A program made the position numbers and the translations under genes. DNA of 37,934 nucleotides from an uncultured Clostridia bacterium (GTDB lineage: Bacteria > Bacillota > Clostridia > TANB77 > CAG-508): the NCBI GenBank assembly GCA_904420285.1, contig CAJFUM010000089.1:1-37934 (forward strand), read 5' to 3'. Shown here in pieces: positions 8,951-18,810 of this stretch (position 1 is the stretch's first letter; the number at the start of each line of letters is the position of its first letter). Under the pieces are notes generated by a model. It was not told the origin of the DNA. It made no database searches and saw only the letters and a program-made list of their open reading frames with translations.

Positions 8951-9138
8951 TATTTTATTGTAATGTTATTCCGCACACTATTTATATTATCCTCTTCTAC
9001 AACTGTAGGAATATTTATTTGTACATTATTTTTCTCATAATTAGATATAATGAAAAATATACATATAGCGAATATAATAATAAGAGAGATTATTGTAAGT
9101 ATAAATGTACTTTTTTTAACATATCCATCTATTTTCAT
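8950..9138 (-). CDS. Small single-TM hypothetical protein (62 aa; 60 aa ending at 8955 if its CGG shifts +1)
   Basis: AAAGGAG RBS before ATG 9138; one TM helix; in-frame CGG at 8971-8973. Confidence 0.7.
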   Translation of the reverse strand: MKIDGYVKKSTFILTIISLIIIFAICIFFIISNYEKNNVQINIPTVVEEDNINSVRNNITIK

Positions 9139-9272
9139 ATTAACTCCTTTACATAAAAAAATACATTTTGATAATAACATATGTATAAATAAAAGTCAAA
9201 TTGGGAAATTTGACAGTAAACATAAGATGTGATAGAATAGGAACCAGTAAAAAAGAGAAAGGGGGATGCATT

Positions 9273-11039
9273 ATGAAAACTAAGGCTAAGTATGTGATTT
9301 TTATCACAATTTTAGTTGTATTACTAATGTCAATAACTTTGGCAGTAAGTGCTACAACTAGTTTTGAAGTTACTGATGTAAATGTTACAGTAACTGGAAC
9401 AAAAGCAGAGGTAGAATGGAGTAAAACTGAAAATGCTGATAAATACGAAGTTTATATTGATTTGCCTAATATAGGATATTTACATGTCGGAAGTGTAAAA
9501 AGCAATAAAGTGCAAATTATAGGCTTTGAAGAAGGCAAAATCTACGGAGTAAAGATAAAGGCGTATAAAAATGATAATGGTAGAACAGTAAAATCAGATT
9601 TTTCAGAAGAAGTAAGATTTGAAATTGGAGAAAACGAAAAAGTTACTTCTAAAATTGGTAGTGTAAAAAATATTGAAGCTATATCATTAGGAGAAACTGG
9701 TACACTTTCATGGGATAAAGCAGAAAATGCAACAGGATATGATGTATATGCAAGCATTGGCAATAGTGATTTTATAAATATAGGTTCTACTCAAACTACA
9801 AAAGTACAAGTAATAGGAATGGATCCCGATTTAGTTTATAGCATAAAAATAAAACCATATTTAAAACAAGGAACAGAAAAAATTTATGGCTCTTTTTCAG
9901 ATTTGGCAATTTTAAAGTATGATGATAATAAAAATACAAATGTAAGTAAAGTATATAATTTAAAAGTTTCAATGAATGGAAACAAAGCAAATATAACTTG
10001 GAATACAGTATCTGACGCAGATGGATATGAAGTAATTGTAAGAATGCCAGGTGGAACAGAAGCTACATATTATTCAGATGATAATGATATGTCATTAAGT
10101 GGTTTTACAGAGGATGAAACATATACTGTAAAAGTAAGAGCATACAAATATGTAAATGGAAAAAAATATTATGGAAGTTATTCTACATCAAAATCAATTA
10201 GATATGAAAATGAAAAATTAGCTAAGGTTACAGGGTTAAAAGTAACAATGAATGGAGATAGAGCTAGTTTCAAATGGAATAAAGTAACTGGGGCAGATGG
10301 ATATGAAATTTATATTTATACACCAGGATATGGAGTATCTCGATACAATAATACAAGCACCAGTAGACAAATGAGTGGATTTAATGTTACAGATGAATAT
10401 TATACAGTAAAAGTAAGAGCATATGAATATGTAAATGGAAGAAAAGTATATGGCGATTATTCTAGCCAAGTATATTTTAGAAACCAAGATATAGAAGTAG
10501 ATAAAGTAGAAGGAATAAATGTAACTGTAATTGGAACAAAAGCAACATTAAAGTGGGATAAAGTATATGGAGCAGATGGATATGAAATAAAATTAAATGT
10601 GCCAAATTATGGAACATATACATATACAACAACAGGTACAAGTAAAACAATTACTGGAGTTACTAATAGAACAAGCTTCTATACTGCAAGAGTAAGAGCA
10701 TATGAATATGTAAATGGAAGAAAAGTATATGGCGATTATTCTAATGAAGTTGGATTTAGAAGAGCAGATATTGATGTTGACAGGGTTACTGGCTTAAGAG
10801 TAAGAAGAACTGGCCAAGCAGCACAATTTACTTGGAATAAGGTTTCTGGAGCAGACGGATATGAAATTGCTGTAAACATTCCAGGAATTGGAGAATGCAC
10901 ATATATTGAAACATCTAATAGCAGATATATGACAGGATTTACAGAGACTAGATATAAATATCAAATTAGAGTAAGAGCTTTTAAAAATGTAAATGATGAG
11001 AGAGTATATGGAGATTATTCATATCAAGTTTCATTCTAA
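9273..11039 (+). CDS. Secreted protein with about six fibronectin type III repeats
   Basis: Signal peptide; repeated W..V.GADGYEI...Y.VKVRAY..VNG.KVYGDYS units; GGGGG RBS before ATG 9273. Confidence 0.88.
   Translation: MKTKAKYVIFITILVVLLMSITLAVSATTSFEVTDVNVTVTGTKAEVEWSKTENADKYEVYIDLPNIGYLHVGSVKSNKVQIIGFEEGKIYGVKIKAYKNDNGRTVKSDFSEEVRFEIGENEKVTSKIGSVKNIEAISLGETGTLSWDKAENATGYDVYASIGNSDFINIGSTQTTKVQVIGMDPDLVYSIKIKPYLKQGTEKIYGSFSDLAILKYDDNKNTNVSKVYNLKVSMNGNKANITWNTVSDADGYEVIVRMPGGTEATYYSDDNDMSLSGFTEDETYTVKVRAYKYVNGKKYYGSYSTSKSIRYENEKLAKVTGLKVTMNGDRASFKWNKVTGADGYEIYIYTPGYGVSRYNNTSTSRQMSGFNVTDEYYTVKVRAYEYVNGRKVYGDYSSQVYFRNQDIEVDKVEGINVTVIGTKATLKWDKVYGADGYEIKLNVPNYGTYTYTTTGTSKTITGVTNRTSFYTARVRAYEYVNGRKVYGDYSNEVGFRRADIDVDRVTGLRVRRTGQAAQFTWNKVSGADGYEIAVNIPGIGECTYIETSNSRYMTGFTETRYKYQIRVRAFKNVNDERVYGDYSYQVSF
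10412..10743 (+). repeat. Identical 53-bp direct repeat inside the Fn3 gene
   Basis: AGTAAGAGCATATGAATATGTAAATGGAAGAAAAGTATATGGCGATTATTCTA at 10412-10464 and 10691-10743. Confidence 0.9.
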
Positions 11040-11046
11040 AATAAAT

Positions 11047-11095
11047 AAAAAAGTACATTTATTGAATGTTAAAACATTCAGAGTGTACTTTTTTT
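11047..11095 (+). terminator. Rho-independent terminator
   Basis: AAAAAAGTACAT...TGAATGTT/AACATTCA...GTGTACTTTTTTT. Confidence 0.7.
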
Positions 11096-11205
11096 GTAAT
11101 ATTACAATTATATTACAATTTTGAAATAATGTTTGATTTTTAATTGCCTTGTGATATAATACCAATGGGAAATCTAACAAATTGCATTTTAAAGGAGGAT
11201 TAGCC

Positions 11206-13608
11206 TTGGCAAAGAGGGGAAAAAGAGCAAAAAAGAAAAGTAATAAATTAGATATAAATGTAGCAGTAGTATTTATGTTTTTATTAAGTATTTTACTTGC
11301 AATATTAATATATACAAAATCTGGATATATAGGTGAACATTTAAGTCCAATTCTAGGTGGTATAATGGGAGCAATTAAATATATAATTCCTATTGGAACT
11401 TTTTTAATTGCAATATACATGACAACAGAGGATAAAGATTATTTAATTTCTAAATTAATACAATATGGTATTTTTTTAGTGTGTATAGCAACAATGCTTA
11501 GTGTATTTCAGTTTTCTAATGGAAATATCAATATAAATAGTGAGTTTTCTGAAGCTGTTCAAAAAGGATATGAATTAGGAGAGGTAAATAATGGCGGAGG
11601 AGCAATAGGCACTGCTATTTCGTATGCTTTAATAGGTTTACTAGGAGAAATAGGTACAGTTATTTTGTGTATAGGTGTTGCAGCTATATTATTAGTGTTT
11701 ATGTTCGGAATTAAACCTGCTGAAATGATAGCTGACTTTATAGAAGCAAGAAGAGAAAATAGAGAAGATAGGAGATTAGAAAGAGAAGAAGCAAGAATAG
11801 ATAAAGTTAATGATGAACCAAAAGAGAGAAAAGAAACTAAGAGGGAACGTAGATTAAGAGAAAGAGAAGAGCAAAGAAGAGAAGCAGAAGCTTTGGCAGA
11901 ACAGCTTACTATAAATTTGGAAGATGATGAAGAAGATAAAAAGAAAGAGAAAAAATTAAAAAGATATGATCATAAAGATGATAATTTAATACCATTTAAT
12001 ATAGGTGGAAAAAAGAAGGAAGAAAAAAGTAATCCAGATGTTATAGAGGCAAATTTATTTAAAGAAGAACAGGAAACAAAAGAGGAAAAAGTAAAACAAG
12101 TTTTACAATTGGAACATACTATAACCGTAGAAGATGAACATTATGAATTTCCACCTATACAATTGTTAGGAGAGGGAGATAAAAAGGGTATTAAAGGAGG
12201 AAAAAAAGCAGTTGCAGATACTGCTACAAAATTACAAAAAACATTATATAGTTTTGGAGTTTCTGCTAAAGTAGAAAATGTATCTGTTGGACCTGCTATA
12301 ACAAGATATGAATTAAAACCAGCAGAGGGAGTAAGAGTTAGTAAAATAGCTAATCTTGCTGATGATATAGCTCTTAATTTGGCTGCTGAAACCATTAGAA
12401 TTGAAGCTCCAATTCCTGGAAAACAGGCTGTTGGTATAGAGGTGCCAAACAAAGATAATGAGATAGTACCATTAAGAGATATTATAGATTGTGATGAATT
12501 TAAAGATCACAAATCTAAGTTAGCTTTTGCTTTAGGTAAAGATGTTGCTGGAAAAGAAGTAGTAGCAGATATTGCTAAAATGCCCCATGTTTTAATAGCA
12601 GGAGCAACAGGTTCTGGAAAATCAGTGTGTATTAATACATTAATTGCTAGTATTATTTATAAAGCAAAACCAAGTGAAGTAAAACTAGTAATGGTGGATC
12701 CTAAAGTTGTTGAGCTTTCTGTATATAATGGTATTCCACATTTATTAATTCCAGTAGTTACAGATCCTAAAAAAGCAGCTGGTGCACTTGCATGGGCAGT
12801 GCAAGAAATGGTTAATAGATATAGTTTGTTTGCAAGTAAGAATGTAAGAGATATAAAAGGATATAATGCTTCTTTAGAAGAAGCAGGAGAAGGACAAAAG
12901 CTTCCTCAAATAGTTATTATAATAGATGAACTTTCAGATTTAATGATGGTATCTCCAAAAGATGTGGAGGATTCAATTTGTAGATTAGCACAAATGGCAA
13001 GAGCTGCAGGTATGCATTTAGTAATTGCAACTCAAAGACCATCTGTTGATGTAATTACAGGTATTATTAAAGCAAATGTTCCATCTAGGATTTCATTTGC
13101 AGTTTCATCACAAGTAGATTCAAGAACTATTTTAGATATGGCAGGGGCTGAAAAATTATTGGGTAAAGGAGATATGCTTTTTTATCCAGCAGGTGCTCCA
13201 AAACCAACTAGAATACAAGGTGCTTTTATATCTGATAAAGAAGTTGAAAAAATAGTAGATTTTATTAAAAATAATGGAGAGGCTACATATAATGATGAAA
13301 TAATTAAACAAATTGAGAATGCAAATAGTACGGATAAAGAAATTGATAGTTCTGAAAGTGAAGATGATGCAGATCCATTATTAATGGAAGCAATTGAAGT
13401 GGTTGTAGAGACAGGACAAGCTTCTACATCTTTTATACAAAGAAGATTTAAAGTGGGTTATGCTAGAGCAGGAAGAATTATTGACCAAATGGAGGAAAGA
13501 GGTATTATATCTGGATTCCAAGGAAGCAAACCTAGAGAAGTACTTATGACTAAAGAAAGATGGGAAGAATTAAAAATGAGTAGCAATAATGCTAATGAGG
13601 AAAATTAA
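11206..13608 (+). CDS. ftsK: DNA translocase FtsK/SpoIIIE
   Basis: N-terminal TM domain, GATGSGKS Walker [11 protein letters not shown], gamma domain ([20 protein letters not shown]); AAAGGAGG RBS before TTG 11206. Confidence 0.97.
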   Translation: MAKRGKRAKKKSNKLDINVAVVFMFLLSILLAILIYTKSGYIGEHLSPILGGIMGAIKYIIPIGTFLIAIYMTTEDKDYLISKLIQYGIFLVCIATMLSVFQFSNGNININSEFSEAVQKGYELGEVNNGGGAIGTAISYALIGLLGEIGTVILCIGVAAILLVFMFGIKPAEMIADFIEARRENREDRRLEREEARIDKVNDEPKERKETKRERRLREREEQRREAEALAEQLTINLEDDEEDKKKEKKLKRYDHKDDNLIPFNIGGKKKEEKSNPDVIEANLFKEEQETKEEKVKQVLQLEHTITVEDEHYEFPPIQLLGEGDKKGIKGGKKAVADTATKLQKTLYSFGVSAKVENVSVGPAITRYELKPAEGVRVSKIANLADDIALNLAAETIRIEAPIPGKQAVGIEVPNKDNEIVPLRDIIDCDEFKDHKSKLAFALGKDVAGKEVVADIAKMPHVLIAGATGSGKSVCINTLIASIIYKAKPSEVKLVMVDPKVVELSVYNGIPHLLIPVVTDPKKAAGALAWAVQEMVNRYSLFASKNVRDIKGYNASLEEAGEGQKLPQIVIIIDELSDLMMVSPKDVEDSICRLAQMARAAGMHLVIATQRPSVDVITGIIKANVPSRISFAVSSQVDSRTILDMAGAEKLLGKGDMLFYPAGAPKPTRIQGAFISDKEVEKIVDFIKNNGEATYNDEIIKQIENANSTDKEIDSSESEDDADPLLMEAIEVVVETGQASTSFIQRRFKVGYARAGRIIDQMEERGIISGFQGSKPREVLMTKERWEELKMSSNNANEEN

Positions 13609-13622
13609 ATTACTAAAGAAGG

Positions 13623-15119
13623 ATGATTATGGAAAAAAACAAGATTTTGTCTAAACTGAATATAAGAATTAAAGACTATAATAATGAGCTAGAAAAAATT
13701 TTAGAGAATAAGTTATTTTCATATGATGTAAAAAATCTTTTACTTAGTATGTTATATAAAATTGAAAATGCGTATAGTGATTATGAAACAGTAAAAGTAG
13801 AAGTACCTACTAAAAATGATTTTATAGAAAATTTACTTAGAATAATTAAAGAAAAAGCTTTAAAGATATTTATAGTTAAAGTAGGAACTGTTGAAGCTGA
13901 AGAATTAGAAAAAAATAATTTAACATACAAAATTGATAAACAAAATGGAGAAATAATTTGCTATCAAAATGAGCTTGTAATATTGGAGGCTTTAATAGAT
14001 TTAGATGATACTTATAAAACAGTAGAAGTTCCATATGATTATGTTTTAGAGCCATTAAATACAATGCTAACAATGGGCAATTTAGATTCTAGGGCAGAGG
14101 TAATAAGAGATTTTAATGGTTGGTCTTGGGATATTGTTTTAAAAGAAATAAATGATATACAATATAATTACATATATGAAACAATATTGCTTCTTAATGG
14201 AAAAAATAATATATATAAGAAAAAGCATAAACTTTTTTATGACGAAATTATAAAATTGCTTGTAAGAAAATATTTTAATAATTCTAATAATTTAGATTAC
14301 GCAGAAAATTTAAAAAATAGAAAAAAAGAAGTAAGTGAGCAATTATATTTATTTGAAAATAAAAAAGAGTTTGTTTCTAGAATAACAGAAGAAAAGAAAG
14401 AGTTTACAAAGCAGATTGAAATAATAGATAAAATATTAAATGATAATGAACTACTAAAAAAAGAATACTATAAAAGAAACGAAAAGTTACCAAACAAAGA
14501 AAAGATTTTTAGTATTAGTTATTTAGTAAGAATTTTAATTAAAGAGAGGGAAGAATTACTTTCTAAAATAGATTATAGCAATAGTATTATACTTCCTAAA
14601 GAGTTTATTTCTAATAAAAGTAAAATTGAAAAAGAAAAGAATTTTTTACAAAATATTGAAGCAAAAGTAGAATTAAAGGATTTATTACAAATAGCAAATG
14701 AATTTTTACAGATTGCAAAAGGCATAATAGATAAAATTGAAGAAACTAATAAAAGTGATTTAATAAAGTGGATGTATAAAATTAGGTACTATAGATATGT
14801 TCCAATAACAGAGGATAAATTTATAAAAGATATGCCAGAATTAGAAGAAAAATTTGATAGTATAATAAAAGCAATAATAAAAAAGGCTCAAATTTTAAAA
14901 ATATGGGATAATTTTTGTGATGATAATGATATAACTTTTAAAATCTTAAAAGAAGTATTTAATACCAAAATTATATATTTGCAAAATATAAATATACAAT
15001 GTAGATATGAAAACAAAGTTCTTTATGTAGAATTTTTAGATGATACAATAATAGAAAATACAATAAATATTAATGCTGAAAATATAAGAATAAAAAGAAA
15101 AACAAAATTGTTTATATAA
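13623..15119 (+). CDS. Hypothetical protein, 498 aa, helical/coiled-coil
   Basis: Long ORF with host codon usage, tightly spaced with neighbours; no recognised motif. Confidence 0.75.
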   Translation: MIMEKNKILSKLNIRIKDYNNELEKILENKLFSYDVKNLLLSMLYKIENAYSDYETVKVEVPTKNDFIENLLRIIKEKALKIFIVKVGTVEAEELEKNNLTYKIDKQNGEIICYQNELVILEALIDLDDTYKTVEVPYDYVLEPLNTMLTMGNLDSRAEVIRDFNGWSWDIVLKEINDIQYNYIYETILLLNGKNNIYKKKHKLFYDEIIKLLVRKYFNNSNNLDYAENLKNRKKEVSEQLYLFENKKEFVSRITEEKKEFTKQIEIIDKILNDNELLKKEYYKRNEKLPNKEKIFSISYLVRILIKEREELLSKIDYSNSIILPKEFISNKSKIEKEKNFLQNIEAKVELKDLLQIANEFLQIAKGIIDKIEETNKSDLIKWMYKIRYYRYVPITEDKFIKDMPELEEKFDSIIKAIIKKAQILKIWDNFCDDNDITFKILKEVFNTKIIYLQNINIQCRYENKVLYVEFLDDTIIENTININAENIRIKRKTKLFI

Positions 15120-15134
15120 TTAAGGAGGAATTTA

Positions 15135-16784
15135 ATGAAAGTAACTTTTTTAGGAGCTACAAAAACTGTAACAGGTTCAAATTTTTTAGTAGAAGGAGCA
15201 GGTAAAAAATTTTTAGTTGATTGTGGAATGTATCAAGGATCTGCTGCAGATGAATTTGAAAATGAATCTCCATTTTTATTTAATGTTTATGATATAGATT
15301 TTATGATATTAACACATGCACATATAGACCACTCTGGAAGAATACCAAAGCTATATAATGAAGGTTTTAGGAAAGATGTTATAGCAACAAAAGCTACTTG
15401 TGATTTATGTTCTATTATGCTTCCAGATAGTGGACATATTCAGGAAATGGAAGTTGAGTGGAAAAATAGAAAAAGAGAAAGAAAAGGAGAAAAACCACTA
15501 CTTCCAATGTATACCGCAGAAGATGCGGCAAAGTGTTTAGAGATTTTTAAACCAGTACAATATGATGAAATTGTAGAAGTAAGTTCAGATATTAAGGTAA
15601 GATTTAATGATGCTGGACACATGCTAGGTTCATCAATTGTAGAAATTTGGATTACAGAACATGGTAAAACAGAAAAACTTGTATTTACTGGAGATTTAGG
15701 AAATAATGATATACCACTTTTAGCTCCTCCGACTATGATTAGTACTGCAGATTATTTGGTTATGGAATCTACATATGGAAATAGACTTCATATGAGAAAT
15801 GATGATAAAGCCAATATGTTTTTAAATATTGTGTATGAGACTTTAGAAAAAGGTGGAACTGTAGTAATACCTTCGTTTGCTGTTGGTAGAACACAAGAAA
15901 TATTGTTTGAATTAAATAGAATAAAAGAAGAGAAACATGATGAAGAGTTTTATAAAAAATATAAAAGATTAATGAGTGTTCCAGTATATGTAGATAGTCC
16001 TCTTGCAATATCGGCTACAGAGGTTTTTAAAGAAAATACTAATCTTTTTAATGAAGAAACACAAGCAATTATTAATCAAGGGGATAATCCACTAGAATTT
16101 GATGGCCTTAAGTTTACTAGAACAGCAGACGAATCTAAAATGCTTAATGCTAGTAATGAATCATCTATAATTATATCTGCAAGTGGTATGTGTGAGGTAG
16201 GAAGAATAAAACACCATTTAAAACATCATTTATGGGAACCAAATAGTACAATATTGTTTGTTGGTTATCAAGCACCAGGAACTTTAGGTAGAAGATTGGT
16301 AGATGGAGAGAAAAAAGTAAAGATTTTTGGTGAAGAAATTGCAGTTAATGCAAGAATAGAATATATTGAAGGATATTCAGGGCATGCAGACCAAGAAGGA
16401 TTAATGAATTTTGTTTATTCATTTACAAATCCTCCAAAACATATATTTTTAGTACATGGAGAACCAGAAGGACAAATTGTTTTAAAAAATAAATTAGAAG
16501 AAAATACTAATATACCAATTACTATACCAGATTTTGGAGAAACTTATGAATTAGATGAGAATATGGCAATGGTAGGTAAAGTAAATGATAATGCAAGACA
16601 ACAATATCTAAGATTAGAAGTATTAGAAAGAATGAATACATTAAAAGAAGAATTAGAAGATATGTCTACTATTGTTAAAGAAGACTATTTGGGAGAAACA
16701 GCAAGTGATGAAGAAATATTAAAAATAAAAGATAGATTAAAAGAATTGGAAAATCAAATTGTAAAAATAGTAGAAAATAAATAA
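15135..16784 (+). CDS. MBL-fold beta-CASP ribonuclease (YSH1/CPSF-like)
   Basis: THAHIDHSG, AGHMLGS, MESTYG, YSGHAD, LVHGE. Confidence 0.93.
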   Translation: MKVTFLGATKTVTGSNFLVEGAGKKFLVDCGMYQGSAADEFENESPFLFNVYDIDFMILTHAHIDHSGRIPKLYNEGFRKDVIATKATCDLCSIMLPDSGHIQEMEVEWKNRKRERKGEKPLLPMYTAEDAAKCLEIFKPVQYDEIVEVSSDIKVRFNDAGHMLGSSIVEIWITEHGKTEKLVFTGDLGNNDIPLLAPPTMISTADYLVMESTYGNRLHMRNDDKANMFLNIVYETLEKGGTVVIPSFAVGRTQEILFELNRIKEEKHDEEFYKKYKRLMSVPVYVDSPLAISATEVFKENTNLFNEETQAIINQGDNPLEFDGLKFTRTADESKMLNASNESSIIISASGMCEVGRIKHHLKHHLWEPNSTILFVGYQAPGTLGRRLVDGEKKVKIFGEEIAVNARIEYIEGYSGHADQEGLMNFVYSFTNPPKHIFLVHGEPEGQIVLKNKLEENTNIPITIPDFGETYELDENMAMVGKVNDNARQQYLRLEVLERMNTLKEELEDMSTIVKEDYLGETASDEEILKIKDRLKELENQIVKIVENK

Positions 16785-16802
16785 ATTTGGGAGATTAAAC
16801 AT

Positions 16803-18740
16803 ATGAAAAATAAGTATTTTAATGATGCTATAATAGGAGGAAATGAAATAACTGCAACTTATACAAAAAACGGAGAATTACTTAGACTTTTGTATAACAC
16901 ACCAGATTTTAAACAATTTTTAGATTTCCTTCATGTTGGAGTTAAAATAAATGATTCAAATATAATATATTTACATGAAGATCAAAACAATAGGTATAAT
17001 CAATATTATATTTCTGATACTAATGTACTTTGTACAGATATTGAAAACACGTATTTTAATTTAGAAATAAAACAAATAGATTTTGTAGATATAAAGAACA
17101 ATGTATTAGTAAAAAGATATAAATTGAAAAATAATAATGTAATTGACCTAGATGTTAAATTTTTAATACATTCTAAATTATTATCTAATTCTAATAATAT
17201 GGTAGGATCTAAAATAGAAAATAATGTATTATTGCAATATAGTCATAATAATACATTATGTATGTTTTCTAAAGAAAAGATATGTTCACATCAATTAAAT
17301 GATACAGATGCAAATATTGAAAGTGGAATTATACATGATAAAGACTATATTGGAATGAGTAGCGATTCTAGTATAAGTTACAATATAGGAATTATAAAAC
17401 CAGGAGAAACGAAAGAAATATGTATATATATGTATGTAACTGATAATGAAAAAATATCTGCAGATGACATGTGGAAAAATATTGAAAATATAAGAAAACA
17501 GGATATTGCACATAAGCAATTAGAAGTAGAAAAATATTGGAAAAAGTATCTAAAAGAGCATATTAATATAGAATTAAAAGAAGAAAATAACGAATATAAT
17601 ATAAAATTTAATAAAATATATAAAAGAAGTATATTGTTATTTCCACTACTAACAAACAAAGAAACAGGAGGGATACTTGCAGCTATAGAAGTAGATGAAA
17701 GTTTAACACAATGTGGAAGATACGGATACTGCTGGCCTAGAGATGCAGTATTTATTACAAGAGCATTTGATAAAGTTAAAATGCAAAAAGAAACAGAAAA
17801 ATTTTATAAAATTTTTTGTAAAAATACACAAAGTAAAAATGGTATGTGGGAACAGAGATTTTATACAGATGGCAGATTAGCTCCATGTTGGGGATATCAA
17901 ATAGATGAGACTGCAGGAGTAGTATATGGAGTTAATGAACATTATAAATTAACTAATGATAAAAAATTTTTGAAAGATAATTTGAAAATGTGTGAAAAAG
18001 CTATAAAATTTTTATGCATTTATATGGATAATATTTTAGATTTACATGATGATAGTGATATTGTAAAAAATGAGATTGAAAAAACATATCATACAGAAGA
18101 TAGAAATAAATTACCATTAAGTTATGATTTGTGGGAAATGAATGAAGGAGTTCATTTATATTCTTTAGCTAGCATTTATGCAGCATTTAATTCTATTTTA
18201 GAAATGTATGATGTTATAAAACCAGAATATGAAGAAAAAAATAGACTAAAATTAGAAAGCATTAATAAATTATCTGCAAAAATTAATTTTTACAAAAAAG
18301 AAATTGAAAAATATATTGATTTACATTTATATAATGAGAAAACAAAAACATTAAAAAGAAATACAAAAGATGAAAATGTTGATATAAGTGTACTTGGAGC
18401 AGTTGTACCATTTAAATTATATGGAAGCAAAGAAAAAAGAATAATAAATACAGTGGAAAAAATAAACATGACACTTAGAACATATACAGGAGGATACTTA
18501 AGATTTGAAGGAGACCATTATAGAGGTGGAAAAAGCCCATGGTCTATTGCTACTTTGTGGATGGCAATGTATTATAAAGAAATAGGAGAAAAGAAAAAAG
18601 CAAAAGAATGTATAGATTTTATTGTAAATAGTGCAAATGAATATGGATTTATTGGGGAACAAATTGATAATAATTCTTTAAAACCAAATTGGGTTATAGG
18701 ATTAGCATGGGCACATGCAATGTTTATACTATTGGTTTAA
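16803..18740 (+). CDS. Glycoside hydrolase family 15 (glucoamylase-like)
   Basis: YGYCWPRD, QIDET, DLWE, GEQ and L.WAHAMF motifs. Confidence 0.85.
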   Translation: MKNKYFNDAIIGGNEITATYTKNGELLRLLYNTPDFKQFLDFLHVGVKINDSNIIYLHEDQNNRYNQYYISDTNVLCTDIENTYFNLEIKQIDFVDIKNNVLVKRYKLKNNNVIDLDVKFLIHSKLLSNSNNMVGSKIENNVLLQYSHNNTLCMFSKEKICSHQLNDTDANIESGIIHDKDYIGMSSDSSISYNIGIIKPGETKEICIYMYVTDNEKISADDMWKNIENIRKQDIAHKQLEVEKYWKKYLKEHINIELKEENNEYNIKFNKIYKRSILLFPLLTNKETGGILAAIEVDESLTQCGRYGYCWPRDAVFITRAFDKVKMQKETEKFYKIFCKNTQSKNGMWEQRFYTDGRLAPCWGYQIDETAGVVYGVNEHYKLTNDKKFLKDNLKMCEKAIKFLCIYMDNILDLHDDSDIVKNEIEKTYHTEDRNKLPLSYDLWEMNEGVHLYSLASIYAAFNSILEMYDVIKPEYEEKNRLKLESINKLSAKINFYKKEIEKYIDLHLYNEKTKTLKRNTKDENVDISVLGAVVPFKLYGSKEKRIINTVEKINMTLRTYTGGYLRFEGDHYRGGKSPWSIATLWMAMYYKEIGEKKKAKECIDFIVNSANEYGFIGEQIDNNSLKPNWVIGLAWAHAMFILLV

Positions 18741-18749
18741 AAACTAGAA

Positions 18750-18791
18750 AAAACTAGATAAAATCATTTAAAAATTTTATCTAGTTTTTTT
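18750..18791. terminator. Bidirectional terminator
   Basis: AAAACTAGATAAAAT...ATTTTATCTAGTTTT; lies just past the +1-frame stop (18811) of the U32 gene. Confidence 0.8.
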
Positions 18792-18810
18792 ATATAATAA
18801 ATAATTAATT

